From the NCBI RefSeq assembly GCF_009914755.1, contig NC_060947.1: 64,000 nt of DNA; one strand, given 5' to 3'. Shown here piece by piece: positions 31,001 to 44,851 of this stretch. The notes under the pieces were generated by a model. The model did not search any database. It was not told the DNA's origin and was given only the letters and a program-made list of their open reading frames with translations. The position numbers were made by a program, and so were the translations under genes. Within the stretch, counting starts at the first letter, position 1; each line of letters opens with the position of its first letter. Source of the DNA: the human T2T-CHM13v2.0 reference genome, Homo sapiens.

Positions 31001-34000
31001 ATTTTTTGTTTTTTCTTTTTTTATTATTATACTTTAAACTCTGGGATACATGTGCATAACGTGCAGGTTTGTTACATAGGTATACACGTGCCATTGTGGT
31101 TTGCTGCACCCATCAACCCGTCATCTACCTTAGGTATTTCTCATAATGCTATCCCTCCCCTAGACCCCCAACCCCCAACAGGCCCAAGCGTGTGATGTTC
31201 CCCTCCCTGTGTTCATGTGTTCTCATTATTTAACTCCCATTTATGAGTGAGAACATGTGGTGTTTGGTTTTCTGTTCCGGTGTTAGTTTGCTGAGAATGA
31301 TGGCTTCCAGCTTCATCCATGTCTCTGCAAAGGACATAAACTCATCTTTTTTATGGCTGTACAGTATTCCACGGTACATATGTGCCACATTTTCTTTATC
31401 CAGTCTATCACTGATGGGCATTTCAGTTGGTTCCAAGTCTTTGCCATTGTGAACAGTGCTGCAATAAACATACGTGTACATGTGTCTTTATAGTAGAATG
31501 ATTTATAAATCCTTTGGGTATATACCCAGTAATGGGATTGCTGGGTCAAATGGTATGTCTGGTTCGAGATCCTTGAGGAATTGCCACACTGTCTTCCACA
31601 ATGGTTGAACTAATTTACACTCCCACCAACAGTGTAAATGTGTCCCTATTTCTCCACATCCTCTCCAGCATCTGTTGTTTCCTGACATTTTAATGATTGC
31701 CATTCCAACAGGCATGAAATGTTATCTCATTGTGGTTTTGATTTGCATTTCTCTAATGACCAGTGATGATGAGCTTTTTTTCATATGTTTGATGGCCACA
31801 TAAATGTCTTCTTTTGAGAAGTGTCTGTTCATATTCTTTGCCCACTTTTTGATGTAGTTGTTTTTTTTCTTGTACATTTGTTTAAATTCCTTGTAGATTC
31901 TGGATATTAGCCCTTTGTCAGATGGATAGATTGCAAAGATTTTTCTCCCATTCTGTAGGTTGCCTGTTCACTCTGATGATAGTTTCTTTTGCTGTGCGGA
32001 AGCTCTTTAGTTTAATTAGATCCCATATGTCAACTTTGGCTTTTGTTGCCATTGCTTTTGGTGTTTTTGTTATGAAGTCTTTGCCCATGCCTATGTCCTA
32101 AATGGTATTGCCTAGGTTTTCTTCTAGGGTTTTTATGGTTTTAAGTCTTACATTTAAGTCTTTAACCATCTTGAGTTAATTTTTGTATAAGGTGTAAGGA
32201 AGGAGTCCAGTTTCAGTTTTCTGCATATGGCTAGCCAGTTTTCCCAAAACCATTTATTAAATAGGAAATCCTTTCCCCATTGCTTGTTTTTGTCAGGCTT
32301 GTCAAAGATCAGATGGTTGTAGATGTATGGCATTATTTCTGAGGCCTCTGTTCTGTTCCATTGGTCTATATAACTGTTTTGGTACCAGTACCATTCTGTT
32401 TTGCTTATTGTAGCCTTGTAGTATAGTTTGAAGTCAGGTAGCACTATGCCTCCAGCTTTGTTCCTTTTGCTTAGGATTGTCTTGGCTATATGGGCTCTTT
32501 TGTGGTTCCATATGAAATTTAAAATAGTTTTTTTTAAATTCTGTCAAGAAAGTCAATGGTAGCTTGATGGGGATGGCATTGGATCCATAAATTACTTTGG
32601 GCAGTATGGCCATTTTCACAATATTGATTCTTCCTCTCCATGAGCATGGAATGTTTTTCCATTTGTTTGTGTCCTCTCTTATTTCCTTGAGCAGTGGTTT
32701 GTAGTTCTCCTTGAAGAGATCCTTCACTTCCCTTATAAGTTTTATTCCTAGGTATTTTATTCTCTTTGTAGCAACTGTGAATGGGAATTCACTCATGATT
32801 TAGCTGTTTGTCTATTATTGGTGTATAGGAATGCTTGTGATTTTTGCACATTGATTTTGTATCCTGACACTTTGCTGAAGTTGCTTATCAGCTTAAGGAG
32901 ATTTTTGGCTGAGACGATGGGGTTTTCTAAATATACAATCATGTCATCTGCAAACAGAGACAATTTGACTTCCTCTCTTCCTATTTTAATAGCCTTTATT
33001 TCTTTCTCTTGCCTCATTGCCCTGGCCAGAACTTCCAATACTATGTTGAATAGGAGTGGTGAGAGAGGGCATCCTTGTCTTGTGCCAGTTTTCAAAGGGA
33101 ATGCTTCCAGCTTTTGCCCATTCGGTATGATATCGGCTGTGGGTTTGTCATAAATAGCTCTTATTATTTTGAGATACGTTCCATCAATACCTAGTTTATT
33201 GATAATTTTTAGCATGAAGCGGTGTTGAATTTTATCAAAAGCCTTTTCTGCATCTTTTGAGATAATCATGTCATTTTTGTCATTTGTTCTGTTTATGTGA
33301 TGGATTATGTTTACTGATTAGTGTATGTTGAACCAGCCATGCATCCCAGGGATGAAGGCGACTTGATCATGGTGGATAAGCTTTTTGATGTGGTGCTGGG
33401 TTCGGTTTGCCAGTATTTTATTGAGGATTTTCGCCTCAATGTTCATCAGGGATATTGGCCTGAAATTTTCTATTTTTGTTGTGTCTCTGCCAGGTTTTGG
33501 TATCAGGATGATGCTGGCCTCATAAAATGCGTGAGGAAGGAATCGCTCTTTTTCTATTGTTTGAAATTGTTTCCGAAGGAATGGTACCAGCTCCTCTTTG
33601 TACCTCTGGTAGAATATGGCTGTGAATCTGTTGGGTCCTGGGCTTTTTTTTGTTGGCAGGCTATTAATTACTGCCTTAATTTCATACCTGGCTATTGGTC
33701 TATTCAGGGTTCGATTTCTTCCTGGTTGGGTCTTGGGAGGGTGTATGTGGTTCAGGAATTTATCTCTTTCTTCTAGATTTTCTAGTTTAATTGCAGAGAG
33801 GTGTTTATAGTATTCTCTGATGGCAGTTTGTATTTCTGTGGGATCAGTGGTGATATCCCCTTTATCATTTTTTATTGTGTCTACTTGATTCCTCTCTCTT
33901 TTCTTCTTGATTATTCTGGCTAGCGGTCCATCTATTTTGTTAATCTTTTCAAAAAACCAGCTCCTGGATTCATTGGTTTATTGAAGGGTTTTTCATGTCT

Positions 34001-34287
34001 CTATCTCCTTCAGTTCTGCCCTGATCTTAGTTATTTCTTGTCTTCTGCTAGCTTTTGAATTTGTTTGCTCTTGCTTTTCTAGTTCTTTTGATTGTGATAT
34101 TAGGGTGTTGATTTTAGAGCTTTCCTGCTTTCTCCTGTGGGCATTTAGTGCTATAAATTTCCCTCTCAACACTGCTTTAGCTGTGTCCCACAGATTCTGA
34201 TATGTTCTGTCTTCGTTCTCATTTGTTTCAAAGAACTTATTTATTTCTGCCTTAATTTCATTATTTACCCAGTAGTCATTCAGGAGC
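31001..34287 (-). mobile_element. 5'-truncated L1PA7-like element
   Basis: Poly-T plus L1PA7-type 3'UTR (ctgggatacatgtgc...cccatcaacccgtcatct); TSD agacaaccaa(a/c)c at 30989-31000 and 34288-34299. Confidence 0.93.
32154..33269 (-). pseudogene. Frameshifted L1 ORF2 reverse-transcriptase remnant
   Basis: [53 protein letters not shown] spread over several broken frames. Confidence 0.9.
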
Positions 34288-35185
34288 AGACAACCAACCT
34301 TTTAATTAAAAGTTGGCAAAGAATTTCAATTGACATTTCTTTAACAAAATAGAAATGACCAATAAGAACATGAAAACATGCTCAATCCCAAGAGTTATTA
34401 TGAAAATGCAAATCAAAATCACAATTAGGTACCACTTAATACTCACTTGGATGGTTATATTAAAAAAAGACAGGCAATTACAAACGTTGTCAAGGATATG
34501 GAGAAATTGCAAACTTCATAAATTGCAGATAGGACTATAAAATGATGAAGCCATTTTAGAAAATAGTTTTCCACATAAAGCTACCATTAAATCCAGTAAT
34601 TCTACTCCTAAGTATATTCTCAAGTTAATAGAAAACTTATGTCCAAAAAATACTTTTACAGGAAAATCATAGCCACATTATTCATAGTAGCCCCAAAGTA
34701 GAAACAATCCAATTGTCCATCAATGTATACATGCATAAACAAATGTGATATATCCACACAATGGGACATTATTTAGCAATGAAAGGCATGAAGTACTAAT
34801 ACACACTACAACATGGATGAACCCTGAAAACATCATATTAAGTAAAAGAAGCCAGCCACAAAGGCCACATATTATATGATTCCACTTACATAAAATGTCC
34901 AGAATAGGCAAATGCATAGGAGAATGGAGATTAGTGTTTGCCAGAGGTTAGGGATGGGGGATTGAGAAGGAGGATTGAGGTAAGGAGTTTCTTTTCAAGT
35001 TTCTTTTCAGCGTGATAAAAGTATACTGAAATTGGTAGTCATGCTTGAGTAACCTTGTGATTTTAATAAAAATAACTGAATTATACACTTCAAAAGAATA
35101 CATGTACCCCTGAACTTAATAAAAGTTGATGGAAAAAAAAAGAATGAATCTTATGGTATGTGAGTCATATTTTAACAAAAAATTA
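34288..35185 (+). mobile_element. L1MB 3' end (host of the L1PA7)
   Basis: acatggatgaaccctgaaaacatcatattaagtaaaagaagccag...aaatgtccagaataggcaaat. Confidence 0.82.
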
Positions 35186-35189
35186 CAGA

Positions 35190-35850
35190 AAAAATTCTGA
35201 CCAAAGTCAACAGAATCCAGCCATACATTATAAGAAACAAGAGCAATGGAATTCATTGTAGGAATCAAGAATTGTTTACTATTTGGAAATCTATTTTTAA
35301 AATTGATCATATTAACTGATCCAATGAGAAAATTATATGTCATCTCCATAGATGCTGCAAAGGCATTTGACAAAATTCAATGACAAATCTCAACTTTTAA
35401 AAGTTAGTATGAGTAAACCAATGCTTATTTAACATGATTAACTGCATTTATCTCAGCCCCAAATTCAGCATCATAGGGAAATACAGCAAGTGTTACCATT
35501 AAAATCAGCTAGAAGTTAGGAATGTCCACAGTCTTCGCTAGTATTTAGCATTATACTGCATGCAATAGCTAATACCATTATGTAAGATAAGGGGAATCAA
35601 AGTATAAAAATTAGAAAGAAGAAAAAAGTACTATTTTTCACTGAAGATCATATAATTTTGTAAATGGAAAATACAAGAGAATCAACTGAGAAAACTACGG
35701 CAAGCAAACAATAGTTCAGTAATGTAGTGGAATATATATTAATATATGGGATCAAAAGTATCTATAACCCATTTACAATAGACTAATATCATAAAATACC
35801 TAGGAGTGAACTTATAAATAAGTTCTTAATAAGTTCATTATCTTTATGTA
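35190..35850 (+). mobile_element. Very old L1 ORF2 RT fragment (resumes at about 37410-37665)
   Basis: catctccatagatgctgcaaaggcatttgacaaaattcaa; aaaatacctaggagtgaac. Confidence 0.7.
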
Positions 35851-36051
35851 TAATACCTACATATTTATTTTTTCTTTTTTATAAATCATCTAGTTTATTT
35901 CCTGGACACAGCAGGATTGTTTACTTTCTTAATTTCATTTTGTTACCAATAACCGATCTTCATTTTTCATTTGCTATACTTTTGATTGTGGTAAAATATA
36001 CATACCATAAAATTTGCCCTCTTATTCATTTTTAAGTACAATATTCAGTAG

Positions 36052-37403
36052 GTTTTTTTCTTTTTTTTTCTACTTATTTATAATTTCAACTTTTATTTTA
36101 GATTCAGGGGCTACGTGTGCAGATTTGTTACATAGGTATATTATATGACACTGAGGTTTGGGGTACAAATAATCTCATCACCCAGGTAGTGGGTATCATA
36201 CACAATAGGTAGTTTTTCAGCTTTTGCTTCCCTCCCTCTCTACCCCCTCTAGTAGTCCCCAGTGTCATTGTTCCCATCTTTATGTCTATATGTACACAGT
36301 GCTTAGCTCCCACTTACAAGTGAGGACATGGGCTATTTGGTTTTTTGTTCCTGTGTTAATTTGCTTAGGATAATGGCCTCCAGCTGTATCCCTGTTGCTG
36401 CAAAGAATGATTTTGTTCTTTATTATGGCTGCATAGTATTCCATGGCATATATGTACCACATTTTCTTTATCCAGTTCACCATTGATGGGCACCTAGGTT
36501 GATTCTATATCTTTGTTATTGTGAGTAGTGCTGTAATGAACATATAAGTGCATGTGTCTTTTTGGTAGAATGATTTCTTTTGAGTATATACCCAGTAATG
36601 GGATTGCTGTGTTAAATGGTAGTTTTGTTTTAAGTTGAGGAATCTCTAAACTGCTTTCCACAGTGGCTGAACTAATTTACATTCCCACCAACAATTTATA
36701 AATGTTCCCTTTTCTCTGCAGCCTTGCCTGCATTGGTTGTTTTTGAACTTTTTAATAATAGCCATTCTGACTGTTGTGAGATGGTATCTCATTGTGGTTT
36801 TGATTTGCATTTCTCTGATTAACCATGTTGAGCATATTTTCAAATGGTTGTCAGCCACTTGTATGTCTTCTTTTGAGAAGTGTTTGTTCATGTTTTTTGC
36901 TCACTCTTTAATGGGGTTATTTGTTTTTTGCTTGATGAATTGTTTAAGTACCTTATAGATTCTGGATATTAGACCATAGTTTGTTAATATTTTCTCTCAT
37001 TCTGCAGTTTGTCTGTTTACTCTGTTGGTAGTTTCTTTTGCTCTGAAGCAGCTCTTTAGTTTAATTAGGTCCCACTTGTCAATTTTTGTTTTTGTTGCAA
37101 TTGCTTTTGAGGACTTAGTCATAAATTCTTTCCCAAGGCTGATGTCTAGAATAGTATTTCCTAGGTTTTCCCCTAGGATTCTTATAGTTTGAGGTATCAC
37201 ATCTAAATCTTTAACTCATCTTGAGTAAATTTTTGTGTATGGTGAAAGTTAGGGGATTAGTTTCATTCTTCTGAATATGGATAGCCAGCTATTCCAGCAT
37301 CATTTATTGAATATGGAGTCATTTCCCCATTACTTATTTTTGTCAGCTTTGTTGAAGATCAGATGGCTGAACGTGTGCAGCTTTATTTCTGGGTTCTCTA
37401 TTT
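36052..37403 (-). mobile_element. 5'-truncated L1PA15/16-like element
   Basis: caacttttattttagattcagggg...ctgaggtttggggtacaaat...; ORF2 C-terminal remnants (MRYHLTTVRMA). Confidence 0.88.
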
Positions 37404-40049
37404 AAGTTCAGTACTGTTGAAGAAAACTTTAAAAAAATCAAAAGAGTTCAATAACACATGGATAGGCCTGCCATGTTCCAATGTATAAAGATTCAGTGTT
37501 CCATAATGTAAATTATTCCCAAGAAAATTTGTAATGTGGCTCCTATAATAACGCTAACAGGTTATATCTTTAATCTGGGATTAGAGAGAAGCTAATTTTT
37601 AAGTCATATGGAAAAATACAAAAATATACAACAACAATACCAAACAAAATTCTGAAGAAAAGAAGCAATGGGGTTATGTTTTGAATGTGGCCCACCCTGA
37701 CAGATATCTTCATGTGTGATGAATTGCTTATAGTTTCCCTGTTGCTCCCCTTTGATATCTGCCTTCTGTCATGTCACCCCCATCTTATCAGTCAAATCTG
37801 AACCCCAGCTATATACAGAGTTATTTTCTCCTCCATGAGAGCCCTGGACAAAATTCATATAAGGAAACATAATATAATCCCTGTTTAAGTATCCCTGAAC
37901 ATTCTATAATGGGGAGGATTTGTATACTCTGATCAAACAGAAAGCCTCTTAGAGGTGTTGCTTACTGCCAAAGGCTAGCTTATTCAAGTTTTAGCTCTGG
38001 CTTCATGAAGATACTTATAAACTCCAATAATCAAGAGGTAAATAAGAGGAAGTGCAAGACATTTCTACTACTATCATGAACCAGGACCCTGTAAGCATCT
38101 TCTACACTGGGAAATATTCCATCATTATTTGTCATCCAATATAATCTCCCTGGTCAACAAAAAGATTCTCCCACACCAACTGCAGGAATCTTGAATATTT
38201 AAAAGAAGATGTGCCTATGTTAGTGATTTTCTTCTGTTTACAGGTGAGGCTTCAGACCTTTTTCACAAGTGCACATGTTAAATATGCAGTCAATTCTCTA
38301 TCCTAATCGACATAAATGCACAGCATCCTGCCTATCATTCATACTGAGTTGTGTGTTAATTTCAAAAAGGGATGGATTCCCATTTCAATGAGCAAATGGA
38401 TTTGTATGTGTGTATAAGGTGATAGGTAATCTAAAGGAAGGCTCTGTAAATTTAGTATGTATATTTTTCTCTGTATGTGTAATTAAGCTGTTAAAAAGAA
38501 ATATTTTCCTTAATGTATCTGTTAGCAAGATGTTAATGTACCTCCTGAGATATTTTACTTGTTACTTCATATACAACTTAGGTTAAAGTAAAAAAGAGCA
38601 ACATATTAATATTGAACATGTAAGAATCAGTTAAGGTAGATTGTCTAAGATTGCCTGTGTGAATATGTGATGTAAAAATACTTATGGATATTATGATCAA
38701 CTGTTCTAACTTTACAGCCTACAAATCATTTTACCCAGTTTCATTTTTGTTCTTTCTTTTCTTTTATCTATTCTACTTCTCCTTCCCACTTTGAATTGAA
38801 ATTTGGAAAATTTAACACAGGAAAAGATTTCTGGATAAGGTGAAGAGTAAAGCAGCCATTACTTGGAGCTTTTCTCAACATAATGTTTTACTAAACCTTG
38901 AAGGAAGGTGATGATTACACTACCTTATATATTTAACTCCTGTCTATCTTACAAACTAATTACCTGTGGAGTTGTTACTAAGTGATCAATCTAATAATTC
39001 AATTTAGTTCTTAAGGTGACCAAAAATCTGAACTGTGCTCAATTTCTTTTTCTTGATTGCCCCATATCATAATCAAACAAGTTGTTATGTATAATAAAAT
39101 AATAAAGATTGCCCCCCAAATACTGTCAGTAATGCTCTTCTGTCAGTGTATGTCTCCACTGAAAAAAAACTCTACTCTCATTTGCTATGTAATTGCAAAA
39201 CATGAGCAAACAATATATGCTTTCATTTAATGACCATCATATATTTAAGACTGTTGTTTCCAATGCTTTTTATGTCATGCAAATATGCTTCATACAGCTG
39301 TCACCTCTTCCATGCTTGGTAGCTAAATTTCCTGCTGAGCTCTTTTGCTCTTTTTGATCAAATAAAGACCATCATTTTGTTGTGAAGTTCCATTTGTCTT
39401 TTCCTGCATTGTAGTATGAAACACCTAAATGCTCTTTCCAGCTGCTTTAATTTCCTGATAGTCATTATAAATCTTTGGACTCTATTCTAAAACTAAAAAT
39501 AGTTTCCTTTTAAAATCCAACAGAAAAATCTGTCAGAATACCTTATTAGGCTCGCTTCCTTGCTCACCTGCCAAAAAGATCATAATTATATTGAGGGAAA
39601 TAAACATATAGATTAATTGACCTAATTTGTTAAAATTTCAAGAGCACATCCTGTTGTGTGCAAACTAAAGAGTTGTTTTTACAAATGAGCTTCACAACTA
39701 TTGACACTACATTATAATTTTCCCTCTTTCTATGAGGTGATAAAACTATACTAATAAAGGTTCCCAGGCATATGTATAGAAAATAATATAGAAATAGTGA
39801 GTAACCATATAGTAAATGTGTAAAAAGTACATGAAACATGCATGATGTATTGAGTGAAATCAGAAACAAATTAATCACTCTGCCCCATTAACATTTATTC
39901 AGAGGGAGAAAGATCTTTTTTTATTATGGATAAAAACTTGGAAAATCCCATAACATTTTTAGAACAATGTTCTTCAGTCACTTTTAGTGACAAAAATCAA
40001 TAATTATATCTTTTCCTGTTGGGAAATACCAATATAAAATGGGAAAAAA

Positions 40050-41090
40050 TGAGGATGAACTCTTGATGTTACATTTGAATTAGAATATCGATACGAACTC
40101 ATGATTTCTTAAAAGTGTATAGTGTCCTCATAGTGCCCATTAGCAGAGTGTAGAAGCAAAACCATTGGTAGTAATGAGTACTCTTAGCACCAGATCTTGG
40201 TTTCTAAATACCATTTTCCATAAAAGAAAATGGAGCTCCTTGAAAAAATAAACAATTCCCGGTCTGAAGCAGGCAAGGTACAGATAATCCTGTATAAGAA
40301 CATTGAGTTGTGCTAGAAAGCAAGTATTCAGAGAATGATGGGGCATGTCAAAAAGTTACACATCAAAAAAGGGCCCTCATTGTCCATATCTGGAGCAATT
40401 TGAGCATCAGAAAAAAATGGTAATATCTTGTAACATATTAGAAAATAATTAACGCGTCCATAATGACACTCAAAAAGAGGGTGGGAAGAAAAGCTTTTCT
40501 TTACAGATGAATGACAGCTAATAAAATAGAAGGAATGATGTAAACAAAATCATCATTTTAGAACTACAAATATAATAATTGATTAAGGCATGAATGCAAC
40601 GTTATTGGGGAATAGGATATTCACATAGTTTCAAAGTATTACTCTGTAGATTAAATACTAAATTACAAAGGTAAAAAATGTACCTTTAAAATGGACAAAT
40701 CTAGGATTTACCACTTTAGATGCAGATAAAATATTTTGGGCAGGAACTCTATGCGGCTAATCTTGTGTATTTTCAATCATGACATTACTGAGTCAACTGG
40801 TAGAGAAATAACTTTTTAAAAGAAAGTAATATCCCTTACAGATCATATATATGGTTTTAAATTATAGATGAAAGCAAGGGAGTAATAAACAAAATTTTGG
40901 ATAGTGCTCCCTTAGAAGGAAAAGTAGGTGTTGTGATGGGGAAGGCACATAGGCAGCTTAAAGACACTGATATTTAATCACGTAAATGGATGGTCATATG
41001 CATGGGTGTTCATTCTGTTATTCTTAAACTGTACACATGCATTATATATGCTCTATTTTATGTATGACAAATTTCAGAAAAAACAAAGGA
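40050..41090 (+). mobile_element. L1MC 3'UTR fragment followed by an L1ME-like 3' end
   Basis: gcaccagatcttggtttctaaataccattttcca..ggagctccttg; ttaaactgtacacatgcattatatatgctct. Confidence 0.65.
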
Positions 41091-41189
41091 TGAGCCAATA
41101 TCTAGCAGAAAAACTCACAAAGATAATTTTTAAGAAAAATTAGAAACTACATCTTTTTTTCAGGCATATATGAAAATGAAAATTTGATA

Positions 41190-42303
41190 TTTTAATTTTT
41201 TCATTATACTTTAAGTTCTGGGATACATGTGCAGAACATACAGGTTACATAAGTATACATGTGCCATGGTGGTTTGCTACACCTATCAACCCGTCAACTA
41301 GGTTTTTGTCCTAATGCTCTTTTTCCCCTTACCCCTCAACCCCCTGACAGGCCCTCGTATGTGATGTTCCCCTCCCTATGTCCATGTGTTCTCATTGTTC
41401 AACTCCCACTTATGAATGAGAAGATGTGGTGTTTGGTTTTCTGTTCCTGTGTTAGTTTGCTGAGAATGATGGTTTCCAGCTTCATCCATGTCTCTTCAAA
41501 GGACATGAACTCATCTTTTTTATGGCTGCATAGTATTTCATGGTGTATATGTGCCATATTTTCTTTATCCAGTCTATCATTGATGGGCATTTGGGTTGGT
41601 TCCAAGTCTTTGCTGTGGTGAATACTGCAGCAATAAACATACGTGTGCATGTGTCTTTATAGTAGAATGATTTATAATCCTTTGGGTATATATCCGGTAA
41701 TGGGATTGCTGAGTCAAATGGTATTTCTGGTTCTAGATCCTTGAGGAATCACCACACTGTCTTCCACAATGGTTGAACTAATTTACACTCCCACCAACAG
41801 TGTAAAAGCGTTCCTATTTCTCCACATCCTCTCCAGCATCTGTTGTTTCCTGACTTTTTAATGATTACCATTCTAACTGGTGTGAGATGGTATCTCATTG
41901 TGGTTTTGATTTGCATTTCTCTAATGACCAGTGATGATGAGCTTTTTTTTCATATTTTTTTGTCCACGTGTCTTCTTTTGAGAAGTGTCTGTTCATATTC
42001 TTTGCCCACTTTTTGATGGGGTTGTTTTTTTCTTGTAAATTTGTTTAAATTCCTTGTAGATTCTGGATATTAGCCCATTGTCAGATGGATAGATTGCAAA
42101 AATTTTCTCCTATTCTGTAGGTTGTCTGTTCACTCTGATGATAGTTTCTTTTGCTGTGCAGAGGCTCTTTAGTTTAATTAGATCCCATTTGTCAATTTTG
42201 GCTTTTGTTGCAATTGCTTTTGGTGTTTTTGTCCTGAAGTCGTTGTCCATGCCTATGTCCTAAATGGTATTGCCTAGGTTTTCTTCTGGGGTTTTTATGG
42301 TTA
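41190..42303 (-). mobile_element. 5'-truncated L1PA7/8-like 3' fragment
   Basis: ttatactttaagttctgggatacatgtgcagaac...; colinear with 31020-32140. Confidence 0.9.
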
Positions 42304-42329
42304 TATAATCATTTTTATAACATCCCAGC

Positions 42330-44462
42330 TCTAGGCAGGGTTAAAGCCTTCTCCCATAATCTGGATTTTGAGATTCCCCTGCGGGGATGTATTTTCAGAG
42401 GCAGGTGCTCCCTTTCTCATACTGCAGCAACTTAGTTTTTCTCTTGTCTCCTGGAAAATGCTGTAGTAATCAGACAAGAGAAAGAAATAAAGGCCATCCA
42501 AATTAGAAAACTGGGAGTCAAACTGTTACTGCTCACTGATAATATGATTATATACCTAGAAAACCCTAAAGACTCATCCAAAAAGCTCCTAGATCTGATA
42601 AGTGAATCCAGTAAAGTCTCAGGCTACAAAATCAACGTACACAAATTAGTAGCACTGTTCTACACCAAAAATGACCAAGATGAGAATCAAATCAAGAACT
42701 CAATCCCTTTTACAACAGCTGCCAAAAAAATTAAAAAGGAGTTAGAAATATATTTAACAAAGGAGGTGAGTGATCTCTACAAGGAAAGCTACAAAACACT
42801 GCTGAAAGAAATCATAGACAACACAAACAAATGGAAATACATCCCATGTTCATGAATGGGTAAAATAAATATTGTGAAAATGACCATACTGCCCAAAGCA
42901 ATCTACATATTCAATGCAATTTCCATCAAAATACCAACATCATTCTTCACAGAACTAGAAAAAACAACCCTAAAATTCATATGGAATGAAAAAGAACCTG
43001 CATAGCCAGAGCAAGACTAAGCAAAAAGAAGAAATCAGGAGGCATCACTTTATCCAACTTCAAATTAATACTGCAAGGCTATAGTTAACAAAACACATGG
43101 TACTGGTATAAAAATAGGCATGTAGACCAATGGAACAGAAAAGAGAACCCAGAAATAAAGCCAAATACTTACAGACAACTGATCTTTGACAAAGCATACA
43201 AAAACAAGAAGTAGGGAAAGGACACTCTATTCAACAAATGGTGCTGAGATAATCAGCAAGCTACATGTAGAAGAATGAAACTGGATCCTCATCTTACCTT
43301 ATACAAAAATCAACTCGAGATAGATCAAAGAGTTAAACCTAAGACTTAAAACCATAAAAATTCTAGAAGACATCAGAAAAATTCTTCTAGACAATGGCTT
43401 AGACACAAATTTCGTGACCAAAACCCCAAAAGCAAATGCAACAAAAACAAAGATAGATAGATGGGACTTAATTAAACTAAAAAGCTTCTGCACAGCTAAA
43501 GAAATAATCAGCAGATTAAACAGACAACTCATATAGTGGGAGAAAATATTCACAAACTATGCATCTGCAAAGACTAATACCCGGAATCTACAAGGAATTA
43601 AACAAATCAGCAAGATTAAAAAAAATCCCATCTAAAAGTGGGCAAAGGACATGAATAGACAATTCTCAAAGAAGATATACAACGAACCAACAAACATGAA
43701 AAAATGTTCAACATCACTAATTATCAGGGAAATATAAATTAAAACCACAATGAGATATCACCTTACTCCTGCAAGTATGACTATAATTTAAAAAATCAAA
43801 AAAGAATAGATGTTGGCATGGACGTGGTGAAAAGGGAACACTTTTAAATTGCTGGTGGAACTGTAATCTAGTTCAACCACTATGGAAAACAGTATGGAGA
43901 TTCTTTAAAGAACTAAAAGTAGAACGACCATTCAATCCAGCAATCCCACTACTGGGTATCTACTCAAAGGAAAAGAGGTCATTATATGAAAAAGACACAG
44001 CATACACATGTTTATAGCAGTCCAATTTGCAATTGCAAAAATATGGAACCAACCTAAATGCCCATCAACCAACCAGTGAATAAAGGAAATGTGGTATATA
44101 CACACCACATGGAATACTACTTAAACATAAAATTGAATGAAATAATGGCCTTTCCAGCAACTTGGATGGAGCTGGAGGCATTATTCTATGTGAAATGACT
44201 CAGGAATGGAAAACTAAATATCATATGTTTTCACTTATAAGCGAGAGCTAAGCTATGAGGATGCAAAGGCATAAGAATGATAGCATGGACCTTGAGGACT
44301 TGGGGGGAAGAGTAGGAGTGGAGTGAGGGATAGAAGACTACATATTGGGTACAGTATATACTGCTCAGGTGATGGGTGCACCAAAATCCCAGAAATGACC
44401 ACTAAGGAACTTATCTAACCAGAAGCCAATTGTACCCCCAAACTATTGAAAAAAAAAAAAAA
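42330..44462 (+). mobile_element. L1PB1-like 3' portion (42466-44462, +) preceded by a probable inverted 5'UTR piece
   Basis: [14 protein letters not shown]; 3'UTR ggatgcaaaggcataagaatg...cccaaactattgaaaaaaaa poly-A. Confidence 0.85.
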
Positions 44463-44851
44463 GAGATTGTTATTTCTATTAGGTACTTTCTCTTGAATCA
44501 CTCACCATGGAGAAACCAGCTGTCATGTCATGAAGACACCAAAGCAGCTCTATGGAGAGGTGGTAAGAAACTGAGGTCTCCTGATGACAATCAGAACTAA
44601 CTTGTCAGTCATGTGAATGAACTGCCTTGGAAATGAGTTCTCCAGGCCCAGTCAAACCTTTAGACGCCTGCAGACACAGTGACATTCTTGACTACAATAT
44701 CATGAGAAACTGAGCTAAAATGACCCAGTTAAGGCATTCCCAGATTCCTGACCCACAGAAATTGTGTACATTTAATTGTTTTAAACTGTTAAGTTTTGGT
44801 GTACGTTTGGTGTAAAATTTTGGTGTAATTTGTTATGAAGCTGTAGAGTAC
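44463..44851 (+). mobile_element. MLT1F/G-like MaLR LTR, 3' part only
   Basis: ccagctgtcatgtcatgaagacacc...ccagattcctgacccacagaaattgtg...gtaatttgttatg. Confidence 0.78.

Noticed and set aside
32154-33269. Reverse transcriptase as a novel retron/RT system or active L1
   Set aside because: Ordinary L1 ORF2, frameshifted and 5'-truncated
37900-38210. Possible CR1/L3 or processed-pseudogene remnant
   Set aside because: Only vague motif resemblance; cannot be supported without an HMM search
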